The notes: generated by a model from the letters alone, not told the origin. Shown: positions 28,064 to 37,419, counted from the first letter of the stretch. The stretch: DNA of 64,000 nt from Candidatus Daviesbacteria bacterium (GCA_028715175.1 JAQUSJ010000001.1:472368-536367), one strand, 5' to 3'. Program-made: numbers and translations.

Positions 28064-29039
28064 AACTCTGTTTGCGACAGCTACTATGTTTATTTTGACT
28101 CTCTTGCTGACAACCGTTGTTTATGCTGCCAATTTATCTGTGAGAATTGAGGTTCCCAAAACACCTACTAACCAGAACGCTTTTAAAATAAATTTTGTTA
28201 CCATGGATATCTTGGGAAGATCCGTGGATGTTCAATGCTTTAAAAAAGGACCCGGGGATTCTTCATCTTCCCAATTTGGATCTACTCTTAATTTATCCGC
28301 CGGAGGGAACAGTGGAAATTGTGAAGTGACGTCGTCTATTGTCTCTGCCGAGGGAACTTACGAATTTTATGTGATAGCTACAGCAGGTTCAGATACGGCA
28401 ACCAGTTCTACTGTCAATGTGGAATATAAAACTTCTGCTCCCTCTACCCCCGGAAATTATAACAAGGAACTTCTTGGCAGTTGCCAATATAAAATAACTT
28501 TTAAAACTGCTGATGACGGAGGCAGAACCTCTAGGGTAGAAGTTTACAGGTCAGATCAGACCAGTTTTACAGCTGACAGCGGTACCAGGGTAGGGACAGT
28601 TTGGATTGGTTCTAATTTAGAGGGCAGTTTTATTGATAATGTGCCTGATTGTGGTAAAGGCTATTATTATGTTATCCGGGCCTTTGACGGGGCAGGAAAC
28701 GGTTCCGGTATTGCAGGCGATAGTGTGACCAAAGTTACTATAACTTCCACTACTACAACGACGACGCAAACTTCTCCTGCACCTACCGCAGCAGCAGGAG
28801 CTATTCTTGCTGTTACTTCTCAAGTTGGACAGGGAGATATTCTGGGAGTTAACGGAGAAGAGGCAACTTCAGAAGGAGATATTTTAGGAGAAGGAACGCC
28901 TTCTTCAGAGGAAGCCGGACCATCTGAAACCGTAACCCCGGAGAAGAAACTACTTACACCTAAAAACATTTTTCTTGCAACTCTTGTCCTGATTATTTTA
29001 GGTGGTGGCTATTATTACTACAGATCCAGACAAAAATAA
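28056..29039 (+). CDS. secreted surface protein with two FN3-like domains and a C-terminal TM anchor
   Basis: Signal peptide; YYYVIRAFDGAGNGS FN3-like ending; Thr-rich linker; C-terminal LATLVLIILGGGYYYYRSRQK. Confidence 0.5.
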   Translation: MVKTLFATATMFILTLLLTTVVYAANLSVRIEVPKTPTNQNAFKINFVTMDILGRSVDVQCFKKGPGDSSSSQFGSTLNLSAGGNSGNCEVTSSIVSAEGTYEFYVIATAGSDTATSSTVNVEYKTSAPSTPGNYNKELLGSCQYKITFKTADDGGRTSRVEVYRSDQTSFTADSGTRVGTVWIGSNLEGSFIDNVPDCGKGYYYVIRAFDGAGNGSGIAGDSVTKVTITSTTTTTTQTSPAPTAAAGAILAVTSQVGQGDILGVNGEEATSEGDILGEGTPSSEEAGPSETVTPEKKLLTPKNIFLATLVLIILGGGYYYYRSRQK

Positions 29040-29048
29040 TTTTCCCGA

Positions 29049-29645
29049 ATGAAAATATCATCTATCCTGATATTTATAGGATTTTTATGCATAATTTTAG
29101 GCATTGCTATTTTTGTAAAAACTTATTTTCCGGTGATTTCGCTTGAGCTTAATTATCAAGTTAATGCAGCTCAGGGACAGTTAGCGATTAAAAGGGAAAT
29201 CAAACCCCAGGATAGTCAGTTTGGAATAGTTATTCCTAAAATTGATGCAAATGCCAAAATTATTCCCAATGTGGATCCGTATAATGCCAGGCAGTACCAG
29301 GTGGCATTAACAAAAGGCATAGCTCATGCCCTGGGAACAGCTTTCCCGGGCAACGAGGGTGATGTTTTTTTATTTTCCCACTCCTCTGTCAATTTTTATG
29401 AAGCTCAAAAATATAATTCTATTTTTTACCTTTTAAATAAAATGGAAAAGGGAGACGAGATAGACCTTTATTATAACAACGGGAAATTTAAATACTTAGT
29501 CACTGATAAAAAAACTGTGGCTGCAGAACAGGTGAAATATTTATCAGGAAATGGATCAAAAAAAACTGTCACTCTGATGACCTGCTGGCCGCCGGGTACA
29601 ACCTGGGAGAGGCTGCTTGTGACAGGAGAGTTAGTGAAAGATTAA
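29049..29645 (+). CDS. sortase (class A/E-like transpeptidase)
   Basis: N-terminal TM; catalytic TLMTCWP (TLxTC) and LFSHSS His motif. Confidence 0.85.
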   Translation: MKISSILIFIGFLCIILGIAIFVKTYFPVISLELNYQVNAAQGQLAIKREIKPQDSQFGIVIPKIDANAKIIPNVDPYNARQYQVALTKGIAHALGTAFPGNEGDVFLFSHSSVNFYEAQKYNSIFYLLNKMEKGDEIDLYYNNGKFKYLVTDKKTVAAEQVKYLSGNGSKKTVTLMTCWPPGTTWERLLVTGELVKD

Positions 29646-29687
29646 AACTTGATAACTATAAATTATAAATAGAAGGGGGGTGAAAAA

Positions 29688-30428
29688 ATGAATATTAAAA
29701 AAATGTTAATTGGTACAGCAGCAGGTGCTCTAATGCTTGGAAGTATTACAGCAATAGCATTAGCTGTAGGAAGCAATGGAAGTCTTGAAACTGGTACTAA
29801 TCCTGGTGTATTTATAACGCTTACATCGCCTAACACCTCCGATATTACGGATTGGTCGGTTGATTCTGGAAGCGTTGATTACATCGGCAGCTATTGGGTA
29901 GCATCTAATGGGTCACGGAGTATCGATCTTAACGGTCTTGCAGCAGGATCTGTTAGTCAAGCATTAACAACAGTAACTGGAGCTACTTATAATGTTACCT
30001 TTGATTTGTCCGGAAATCCGGATAGTCGGCCAGCTGAGGATCCTCTCTTCAGTCCGAGCAATAAAGTGTTAAGAGCTAGCGCAACCGGTGCAGTTTCTCA
30101 AGACTTTAGTTATGATACAAGTTCTAAAGGTAATAGCCTCTCTGATATGAAATGGGAAAGCCAGTCTTATTCCTTCGTTGCAACGGGGATAAGTACTGTC
30201 TTGACTTTTGCCAGTCAGATTCCAGGTGCTTTTGGTCCTGCATTGGATAATGTAGCAATTGCAGAAATTTTACCAACTCCATCTCCGTCACCGACTCCTA
30301 TTGGTCTACCGACCAACAAGGATCAGTGCAAAAAAGGTAAGTGGGAGGACTTTGGTGTGTTTAAAAACCAGGGGGATTGTGTTTCATTCGTAGCAACAGG
30401 CGGTAAAAATTTACCAGCAAATCCATAA
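29688..30428 (+). CDS. secreted beta-rich protein (DUF642/choice-of-anchor-like, tentative)
   Basis: Signal peptide with RBS aagggggg; Ser/Thr/Gly-rich; C-terminal Cys pair. Confidence 0.45.
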   Translation: MNIKKMLIGTAAGALMLGSITAIALAVGSNGSLETGTNPGVFITLTSPNTSDITDWSVDSGSVDYIGSYWVASNGSRSIDLNGLAAGSVSQALTTVTGATYNVTFDLSGNPDSRPAEDPLFSPSNKVLRASATGAVSQDFSYDTSSKGNSLSDMKWESQSYSFVATGISTVLTFASQIPGAFGPALDNVAIAEILPTPSPSPTPIGLPTNKDQCKKGKWEDFGVFKNQGDCVSFVATGGKNLPANP

Positions 30429-30446
30429 GCTGCGATTTTTTTAAGC

Positions 30447-30507
30447 AACCCATCGGGATGGCCCTTCGATATCGCTCAGGGTTATAACTTGGTGGGTTGT
30501 TTTTTTA
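30447..30507 (+). terminator. putative intrinsic terminator or structured element (caaccca...tgggttg stem followed by T8)
   Basis: 7-bp stem arms at 30447-30453 and 30493-30499 with a 39-nt interior (includes an inner ccc-atc-ggg hairpin), then tttttttt. Confidence 0.35.
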
Positions 30508-30508
30508 G

Positions 30509-30539
30509 TTGACAGCCTTTTTGACAAATAGCCTATAAT
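30509..30539 (+). promoter_or_regulatory. sigma70-like promoter (TTGACA ... TATAAT) upstream of the 30560 ORF
   Basis: ttgaca at 30509-30514 and again at 30521-30526; tataat at 30534-30539. Confidence 0.45.
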
Positions 30540-30559
30540 CTGGTAGTATTTCCTCTAAT

Positions 30560-31228
30560 ATGGTAATTGAATCAGGGAGTTCTCACCTCAGACAAGCAAT
30601 AATTGCCTATGATGCCTGTAGAGATAGATTGACACCACAGTTAGTCACTGCATATTGGCGGACAAAATTCAGAGTTAATGGAGCAAAAGTAGGACTTGAT
30701 ATAGTTGTACCAGACTGTGATTGGACAGAAGAGGAAATTAGAAGACCGATGATGAGTATATCAGGTGAAGGAGTTCTTGGAATGATGGTATATAGACCAC
30801 CAGAAATTACTCTCCCGCTTTTAAACAGGTTGTATCCTTTAATGGGGATGGCGACTGATTTTGTTGAAGAAGACTCTCTCGTAATCGATACTCATGGTAC
30901 CACTGGATGGATAAAAGTTGAAGCAACTATTGATGCTCCAAATTGTAATACTTTCCAAAAAGATCTGAAGAGTTTTATTGAAAGGAGTGGATATTTTGGA
31001 CAAAGACTGATTGTTTATATTTTAGCTTCTCAAGCTAGTAAAGATTTAACTGGTCGATATTTTGATCAAGAACTTATTTATTGTAGACTGTTTGGGTCTC
31101 ATCTGGATGGAGGCGGGATTATATCCGCTGGCTTTGATCCGAGTGGCTATCTGGGGTTCGACTGGCGCCTCAATCCCAACTTTCGCGACCGATTCCTAGG
31201 TGCTCGTTTTGAGGAGATAAAAAGATAA
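30560..31228 (+). CDS. hypothetical protein (222 aa, lysine-poor)
   Basis: ORF with its own consensus promoter; no motif recognised; composition atypical for this genome. Confidence 0.45.
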   Translation: MVIESGSSHLRQAIIAYDACRDRLTPQLVTAYWRTKFRVNGAKVGLDIVVPDCDWTEEEIRRPMMSISGEGVLGMMVYRPPEITLPLLNRLYPLMGMATDFVEEDSLVIDTHGTTGWIKVEATIDAPNCNTFQKDLKSFIERSGYFGQRLIVYILASQASKDLTGRYFDQELIYCRLFGSHLDGGGIISAGFDPSGYLGFDWRLNPNFRDRFLGARFEEIKR

Positions 31229-31240
31229 ATATTTTCAAAA

Positions 31241-31268
31241 TTGACATTTATCAGTTATAGGGTAAAAT
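31241..31268 (+). promoter_or_regulatory. sigma70-like promoter TTGACA-N16-TAAAAT
   Basis: ttgaca 31241-31246; taaaat 31263-31268; followed by a weak hairpin plus T5 (31279-31303) and RBS aaggaggtg. Confidence 0.45.
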
Positions 31269-31324
31269 ATAGTTAGTACCATGACTCAAAGGTCGTGGTT
31301 TTTGTTAAAAAAGGAGGTGAAAAT

Positions 31325-31564
31325 ATGCCAGAAAGAATGAGAGAAGTATTAGAAATGGTTATTGGGAGAGCAGGTATGAGAATGAGGAGGAGTGGATATC
31401 CATACGGTGGGATTACTCGTAGTAATGATGTTGTTTACGGCTTATCGTTCAAAAAAGGGGGAAAACCTAGGGAGGATCCGCGTAACGGACCTGTGATTAT
31501 TTTAAGAGCTGCTGGTAAGCAAGATCATCCTCCTTTAGAAAAAAACCAAGACAATTCAAAATAG
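31325..31564 (+). CDS. hypothetical small protein (79 aa)
   Basis: Start moved to ATG 31325 (MPERMREV...), 6 nt after the strong RBS aaggaggtg; ORF track start 31295 lacks an RBS. Confidence 0.4.
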   Translation: MPERMREVLEMVIGRAGMRMRRSGYPYGGITRSNDVVYGLSFKKGGKPREDPRNGPVIILRAAGKQDHPPLEKNQDNSK

Positions 31565-31605
31565 CTTTTTTAGCCTTTTCGTCTTTTATTTGGTAGATGG
31601 TATAA

Positions 31606-33636
31606 TTGGCTGTTATGCCGAAATTCCAAATTGTTTCTGATTTTAAGCCAACCGGTGATCAGCCACAAGCCATTGGAAAACTTGCGACAGGTCTCAAAAA
31701 TGGGTCCAAACACCAGGTCCTTTTAGGGGTAACCGGCTCCGGTAAAACTTTCACCATAGCCAATGTTATTGAAAAAGTCCAAAAGCCAACTTTGGTTATT
31801 TCCCACAATAAGACTTTGGCAGGTCAGCTAGCCCAGGAATTTAAATCCCTTTTTCCCCGAAACGCCATTGAGTATTTTGTTTCCTACTACGATTATTATC
31901 AACCCGAAGCTTATATTCCCCAATCCGACACCTATATAGAAAAAGATGCCTCGATTAATGAGGAAATCGAAAAACTCAGGTTATCCACGACTGCCTCGCT
32001 TTTAACGCGCAAAGACACCGTGGTGGTGGCTTCTGTTTCCTGCATTTATAACCTGGGTTCTCCGGTTGAATACGGTCAGGCGATATTGGAAATTGGCAGC
32101 GGTATGAAAGCCGGAAGGCAAGCAGTGATGAAAATCCTGCAGAAAATGTATTACGAGAGAAACGATATTGATTTCCAAAGAGGTGCATACCGGGTGCGCG
32201 GTGATACTTTGGATATTTTCCCGCCGTATTTGGATCAAGGTTACAGGCTACAATTTTTAGGGGACAGGGTAGAGAAAGTAAGTCAACTCGAAGTTGTGAC
32301 AGGTCATGCCACAAAAATGCAAGGAGTACAAATTATTTATCCGGCAAAACACTACATTACTCCGGCACAGCGGATTGTCCCCGGAATAAAACAAATAGAG
32401 AAGGATTTAGAATCTAGAGTCAAGAGTCTAGAGTCTGGTGGAAAGCTGGTAGAAGCTCAAAGACTCTTACAAAGAACCCATTACGACTTGGAGATGATAA
32501 AAGAGTTTGGATATTGTAACGGGATTGAGAATTACTCCCGTTATTTTGATGGGAGAGAGCCGGGTGAGCCCCCTTTTACTTTGATGGATTATTTTCCCAA
32601 GGACTTTTTAACTATTATTGATGAATCCCATATTACTATTCCGCAAATCAGGGGGATGTATAACGGGGACCGTTCCAGAAAAGAAACTTTAATTGATTTT
32701 GGGTTTAGATTACCTTCTGCGCTGGATAACAGGCCTCTTAAATTTGATGAATTCCAGAGAAGGGTTAATCAGGTAATTTATGCTTCAGCCACACCTGATG
32801 ATTATGAAGTGTCTTTGGCGCAAACCTACAATCCCGGTTTGTCAAGCCAAATTCAAACCGGGATTGAAAACGTAAATGGTATAGCAGAGCAATTGGTTAG
32901 GCCTACAGGAATTCTGGATCCGGAAATCAGTATAAGACCCACTCAAGGGCAGATAGAAGATTTAATACGGGAAATCAAATTGCGGGTAGTGAAACATGAA
33001 CGTACCCTGGTAACAACACTGACAAAACGTATGGCTGAAGACTTAACAGATTATCTGGCTGAAAAAGGAATTAAGGTACAGTATTTGCACTCTGACGTGG
33101 CTACGCTTGAACGTTCTGATGTGCTGCAATCCTTAAGACTTGGTGAATATGATGTGATTGTAGGTATAAATTTGCTCAGAGAAGGGTTGGATTTGCCGGA
33201 AGTTTCGCTGGTAGCTATTTTGGACGCTGATAAAGAAGGGTTCTTAAGATCTAAAACTTCCCTTATTCAGACCATGGGACGGGCTGCAAGACACGTTAAG
33301 GGTAAGGTAATCATGTACGCGGAGGCGGTAACCGGTTCAATAAAAGCTGCAATTGAGGAGGTAGAGAGGAGAAGAAAGTACCAGGAAGCATATAACAAAA
33401 AGCACCATATTATTCCCAAAAGTATTGAAAAAGCTTTGAGGGAAAGACTGGTTGAAAAAGTAGAGGAATTGGAAGAAAAGTTGGGTAAAAGGGATCTGAC
33501 AATTGATGACATTCCTCCCAACGAGCGGAAAAAGATGGTTAGAAATCTGGAGGCCCAGATGAGGGAAGCAGCAGAGCTTTTAGACTTCGAAGAAGCAGCC
33601 AAACTTCGGGATCAGATTAAGGAATTGAGCATGTAG
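31606..33636 (+). CDS. uvrB: excinuclease ABC subunit B
   Basis: 676 aa; Walker A GVTGSGKT, DEAD-like helicase motifs, beta-hairpin region, C-terminal UVR domain. Confidence 0.95.
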   Translation: MAVMPKFQIVSDFKPTGDQPQAIGKLATGLKNGSKHQVLLGVTGSGKTFTIANVIEKVQKPTLVISHNKTLAGQLAQEFKSLFPRNAIEYFVSYYDYYQPEAYIPQSDTYIEKDASINEEIEKLRLSTTASLLTRKDTVVVASVSCIYNLGSPVEYGQAILEIGSGMKAGRQAVMKILQKMYYERNDIDFQRGAYRVRGDTLDIFPPYLDQGYRLQFLGDRVEKVSQLEVVTGHATKMQGVQIIYPAKHYITPAQRIVPGIKQIEKDLESRVKSLESGGKLVEAQRLLQRTHYDLEMIKEFGYCNGIENYSRYFDGREPGEPPFTLMDYFPKDFLTIIDESHITIPQIRGMYNGDRSRKETLIDFGFRLPSALDNRPLKFDEFQRRVNQVIYASATPDDYEVSLAQTYNPGLSSQIQTGIENVNGIAEQLVRPTGILDPEISIRPTQGQIEDLIREIKLRVVKHERTLVTTLTKRMAEDLTDYLAEKGIKVQYLHSDVATLERSDVLQSLRLGEYDVIVGINLLREGLDLPEVSLVAILDADKEGFLRSKTSLIQTMGRAARHVKGKVIMYAEAVTGSIKAAIEEVERRRKYQEAYNKKHHIIPKSIEKALRERLVEKVEELEEKLGKRDLTIDDIPPNERKKMVRNLEAQMREAAELLDFEEAAKLRDQIKELSM

Positions 33637-33659
33637 ACAGGTATGTTATAATAATAATT

Positions 33660-33947
33660 ATGGCAGGACCAGGAAAAGAAAGAACAGGGGAAAAACATCC
33701 TTCTAGGACTAGAAGATGTCTGAACTTAATAGAGAGAATAGAAATACTAACAATGGAATTGCCAGGCAGGCCCGCAATTACAGCAAGCCCTTTTGATGGC
33801 TGTGGTATTAAGACTCCTGAACAAGTTGAATCAGAAAGAAGACGGACGAGTGATGTAGAACGAATAAGAGTCCAAAGAAGAGCCCTAACTGAGTCACTAA
33901 AAACTAACGCAATAGATATATTAGGTGTTCCTTTTAGATTACCCTAG
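33660..33947 (+). CDS. hypothetical small ORF (95 aa), possibly non-coding
   Basis: ORF only; R/E-rich, atypical composition; lies in the 700-bp uvrB-uvrA spacer. Confidence 0.2.
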   Translation: MAGPGKERTGEKHPSRTRRCLNLIERIEILTMELPGRPAITASPFDGCGIKTPEQVESERRRTSDVERIRVQRRALTESLKTNAIDILGVPFRLP

Positions 33948-33989
33948 ATAAGCTTCTTTAAAATTTCAATTTATGATATTTATATTAAT

Positions 33990-34193
33990 ATGAATATAGG
34001 AGTAGAATCGAGCATAGAATACAGGAGAAATGGACTTATTGATGCTAGTGTATTTTCTAGTAAACAACCTGGTTTAAATTCAACGGGTTCAACAGTAATA
34101 GATAGAATAGGTGGATTTAGTGGTCCTTCGTGTCGGGATATGATTAAGAGAATTATAAAGGAAGATCCTGAATTTCATAAACGACTCCATTAA
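33990..34193 (+). CDS. hypothetical small ORF (67 aa), possibly non-coding
   Basis: ORF only; no motif. Confidence 0.2.
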   Translation: MNIGVESSIEYRRNGLIDASVFSSKQPGLNSTGSTVIDRIGGFSGPSCRDMIKRIIKEDPEFHKRLH

Positions 34194-34284
34194 AATTTAA
34201 TTTTTTTGGGATAAATACCCCTTTTCAAATCTTGCAAAATGGTGTAAAATAAATCATTCATTTTCGGGAAAAATTCGTCCTTCC

Positions 34285-34347
34285 TGTCATTCTGAGGCGA
34301 AGCCGAAGAATATAATTATATCCTTCACTAATCGCTCAGGATGACAA
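34285..34347. repeat. 63-bp element with terminal inverted repeats, family B copy 1, immediately upstream of the uvrA start
   Basis: tgtcattctgag...ctcaggatgacaa; TIR tgtcattctgag/ctcaggatgaca (1 mismatch). Confidence 0.7.
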
Positions 34348-34351
34348 TAAT

Positions 34352-37300
34352 ATGGCTATAGACAAGATAGTTATCAAAGGAGCTAGAGAACATAACCTTA
34401 AAAACGTTGACCTGGAAATTCCCAAAAACAAGCTGGTAGTTTTAACAGGAATTTCCGGTTCAGGCAAGTCTTCTTTGGCTTTTGATACCCTTTATGCCGA
34501 AGGTCAAAGAAGGTATGTAGAATCACTTTCTTCCTATGCCAGGCAGTTTTTGGGGGTAATGGATAAACCTGATGTGGATTTGATTGAAGGGCTTTCTCCG
34601 GCCATTTCTATTGACCAAAAAGGTGTTTCACATAATCCCCGTTCAACTGTCGGTACGACCACCGAAATCTATGATTATTTGCGGCTGCTTTTTGCCCGGG
34701 TTGGCCATCCACATTGTCCTGTCTGCGGCAGAGAAGTTGCCAAGATGAGCGTGGAACAGATAGTGGAGAAAGTAATAAGTGACAAGAAACAAGTAACAAG
34801 TAAGGGGAAAAGAATTATGATTTTGGCGCCGGTGGTTAAAGATAGGAAAGGGGAATATTCCCAGCTTTTTGAAGACTTTAGAAAAAAAGGATTTTCTAAA
34901 GTTAGAGTTGATGGACAAGTAAGAGATCTTGATGACTCGCCTCGCTCCGCGGGCGGAGCGGGAGATCTGGTGTTAATTAAAACTAACAAACACACGATTG
35001 ATTTGGTAGTAGACAGATTAGTGTTAGATAAAACTGTCATTCTGAGCGAAGCGAAGAATATAAAGTTATATCCTTCGGCTACGCCTCAGGATGACAAGAG
35101 TAAAAATAGTGTTCATCTTTCGACAAGCTCAGGACAAGAGAACAATATGTACTCAAGATTGTCACAAAGTATTGAGACAGCGCTTAAATTAGGCGAAGGA
35201 TCAGTGATTATCTCGCAAGTTCTGGATGCTTCTTTAGAATTTCCACAGTACCCTAAAAAAATGGATGACCGTCTTTATTCGGAAAGGTTTGCCTGTCCGT
35301 TGGACAGCATTTCTCTTCCGGAAGTTGAGCCAAGACTTTTATCTTTCAATTCGCCTCATGGAGCTTGTTCCGTCTGCGCCGGACTGGGTAGTCTTTTGGA
35401 GATAGATGAGACAGCGGTTTTAAATCCAATTCTTTCTATTGCGGAAGGCGGAATACTTCCCTGGTCAAGACTTGCTTCAAGTGATACCTGGTTTAGCAGG
35501 TTGATTGAAGCTGTTGGGAAAAAATACGGTTTTGATTTAAATACCAGACTGGGAAATTTAACAACTGAGGCTAAAAAGATTTTGCTTTTCGGCAGCGGAC
35601 AAGATCAATTTAAAGTGGAAGGTAGAAACAGACAAGGCAGATGGACCCATTTTTATTCGGAGTTTCAGGGCTTGGTAGCTTATCTTAAGCAAAGATATCA
35701 GGAATCGGAATCAGACTTTGTTAAGGCCGAAATTGAAAAATATATGGTGAAGGAAGTTTGTCCGAAATGTAAGGGTGCAAGATTAAAGGATGAGGCTCTT
35801 TCAATCACCATAGACGGATTAAATATTGCTGAAGTCACCAGCCAATCAATAGTGCAAGTGCTGGAATGGATATCACACCTCGGAGGTGTGATATCGGAAC
35901 GCGAAGCGCAAATTGCCACACCGATCGTAAAGGAAATTATATTACGCTTAAGTTTTTTAATTGATGTTGGTTTGGATTATTTAACGCTTGACCGTCCTGC
36001 TTCGACTTTGGCCGGGGGGGAATCACAACGGATCAGGCTGGCTTCTCAAATTGGTTCAGGGCTCTCCGGGGTACTGTATGTCTTAGATGAACCATCCATT
36101 GGTTTGCACCAGCGGGATAACCGTCGCTTGATTGAGACTTTAAAAAAGCTGAGAGATTTGGGTAATACGGTTATTGTTAATGAACATGATGCTGAAACAA
36201 TGGAGGCTGCGGATTTGCTCATAGAGATTGGTCCGGGAGCTGGTGAACACGGAGGCAACATTATCTTTATAGGAACTCCGGAGCAAATGAAAAAAAATCC
36301 GAATTCTTTGACAGGGCAATATTTATCCGGCAAGAAAAAAGTGACTCCGATATTTCATCGGAGTCATCCTGATCCGGCTTTACCGGAGAAGGATCTCTCG
36401 AATAACAGGGCTTTAACCGTATTTGGAGCCACAGAGCACAATTTAAAAAATATCAACGTTTCCTTCCCTTTGGGGCAATTTATTGCTGTGACAGGTGTTT
36501 CCGGTTCAGGTAAATCAACTTTAATTCATGATATTTTGTACAAAGCTTTAGCGCAAAAAATATACAGGTCAAGAGAAAAATCCGGAGGACACAAAGGGAT
36601 GGAAGGAGTAGAAAATATAGATAAAGTTGTTTTGGTGGATCAGTCGCCGATTGGCCGTACCCCCCGCAGCAATCCAGCCACTTATACCGGCGCATTCACT
36701 TTTATCAGAGATTTATTTGCACAGTCTCCTGAAGCGAAAATAAGGGGATATGGACCGGGCAGGTTTTCATTCAATGTCAAAGGAGGAAGATGTGAGGTTT
36801 GCGAAGGCGAAGGTACTCTTAAAATCGAAATGCAATTTTTGCCGGATGTTTATGTTACTTGTGAGTCGTGTAACGGCGCAAGGTATAACAGGGAGGCTTT
36901 GGAAATTAATTTTAAGGATAAAAACATAGCGGAAGTGTTGGATATGACGGTAGAAGAGGCCTTGAGGTTTTTTGAGAATATTCCTCATATTAAAAACAAG
37001 CTGCAGGTTTTATTTGATGTCGGGCTTGGCTATATTAAACTGGGGCAACCGGCCCCCACACTGTCAGGAGGAGAGGCTCAACGGATTAAACTGTCTTCGG
37101 AGCTCTCCAAACGGCCCACAGGGCACACCATGTATATTTTAGATGAACCAACCACCGGACTCCATTTTGCAGACATTGAAAGACTCTTGACGATTTTGCG
37201 AAAACTGGTAAATTACGGCAATACTGTGATCATTATTGAGCACAATTTAGATGTCATTAAAAATACGGATTGGATTGTAGACCTTGGGCCGGAGGGCGGA

Positions 37301-37396
37301 GACAAAGGCGGTAAAGTTGTAGCGGAAGGTACCCCCCGGCAGCTTGCCAAAATAAAATCTTCCTACACAGGCCAGTATTTAGCTAGGATAATTTAA
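34352..37396 (+). CDS. uvrA: excinuclease ABC subunit A
   Basis: 1014 aa; two ABC ATPase modules ([20 protein letters not shown]), LSGGE signatures, zinc-finger cysteines; carries in-frame repeat insertions. Confidence 0.95.
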   Translation: MAIDKIVIKGAREHNLKNVDLEIPKNKLVVLTGISGSGKSSLAFDTLYAEGQRRYVESLSSYARQFLGVMDKPDVDLIEGLSPAISIDQKGVSHNPRSTVGTTTEIYDYLRLLFARVGHPHCPVCGREVAKMSVEQIVEKVISDKKQVTSKGKRIMILAPVVKDRKGEYSQLFEDFRKKGFSKVRVDGQVRDLDDSPRSAGGAGDLVLIKTNKHTIDLVVDRLVLDKTVILSEAKNIKLYPSATPQDDKSKNSVHLSTSSGQENNMYSRLSQSIETALKLGEGSVIISQVLDASLEFPQYPKKMDDRLYSERFACPLDSISLPEVEPRLLSFNSPHGACSVCAGLGSLLEIDETAVLNPILSIAEGGILPWSRLASSDTWFSRLIEAVGKKYGFDLNTRLGNLTTEAKKILLFGSGQDQFKVEGRNRQGRWTHFYSEFQGLVAYLKQRYQESESDFVKAEIEKYMVKEVCPKCKGARLKDEALSITIDGLNIAEVTSQSIVQVLEWISHLGGVISEREAQIATPIVKEIILRLSFLIDVGLDYLTLDRPASTLAGGESQRIRLASQIGSGLSGVLYVLDEPSIGLHQRDNRRLIETLKKLRDLGNTVIVNEHDAETMEAADLLIEIGPGAGEHGGNIIFIGTPEQMKKNPNSLTGQYLSGKKKVTPIFHRSHPDPALPEKDLSNNRALTVFGATEHNLKNINVSFPLGQFIAVTGVSGSGKSTLIHDILYKALAQKIYRSREKSGGHKGMEGVENIDKVVLVDQSPIGRTPRSNPATYTGAFTFIRDLFAQSPEAKIRGYGPGRFSFNVKGGRCEVCEGEGTLKIEMQFLPDVYVTCESCNGARYNREALEINFKDKNIAEVLDMTVEEALRFFENIPHIKNKLQVLFDVGLGYIKLGQPAPTLSGGEAQRIKLSSELSKRPTGHTMYILDEPTTGLHFADIERLLTILRKLVNYGNTVIIIEHNLDVIKNTDWIVDLGPEGGDKGGKVVAEGTPRQLAKIKSSYTGQYLARII
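34937..34963. repeat. 27-bp GC-rich palindromic in-frame insertion in uvrA (encodes SPRSAGGAG)
   Basis: tcgcctcgctccgcgggcggagcggga; stem CGCTCCGC/GCGGAGCG; flanked by AGATCT on both sides; 9 aa extra relative to my recollection of E. coli UvrA. Confidence 0.5.
35035..35097. repeat. family B 63-bp TIR element copy 2, inserted in-frame inside uvrA (encodes [21 protein letters not shown])
   Basis: tgtcattctgagcgaagcgaagaatataaagttatatccttcggctacgcctcaggatgacaa; about 85 percent identical to copy 1; 63 bp = 21 codons. Confidence 0.7.
35107..35134. repeat. partial TIR-like repeat adjacent to B2 (ctttcgacaagctcaggacaagag)
   Basis: Repeats ctcagga(tga)caagag of the B2 right end; shares an 18-mer with 7850-7868. 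Confidence 0.45.
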
Positions 37397-37419
37397 AGGT
37401 ATTTTGCTACAATAATCAG

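Noticed and set aside
33660-34200. Known structured RNAs (SRP RNA, tmRNA, RNase P RNA, 6S) in the uvrB-uvrA spacer and other long intergenic regions
   Set aside because: No GGAAGGAAGCAGC-type SRP motif, no tmRNA tag-reading frame or tRNA-like 3' end, no RNase P P4 consensus found by eye. Cannot be excluded without covariance-model searches.
34608-35040. Three overlapping minus-strand ORFs (63-121 aa) antisense to uvrA
   Set aside because: They lie entirely inside the well-supported uvrA CDS. They have no RBS or homology and arise from the low stop-codon frequency of the GC-richer repeat insertions. Spurious.
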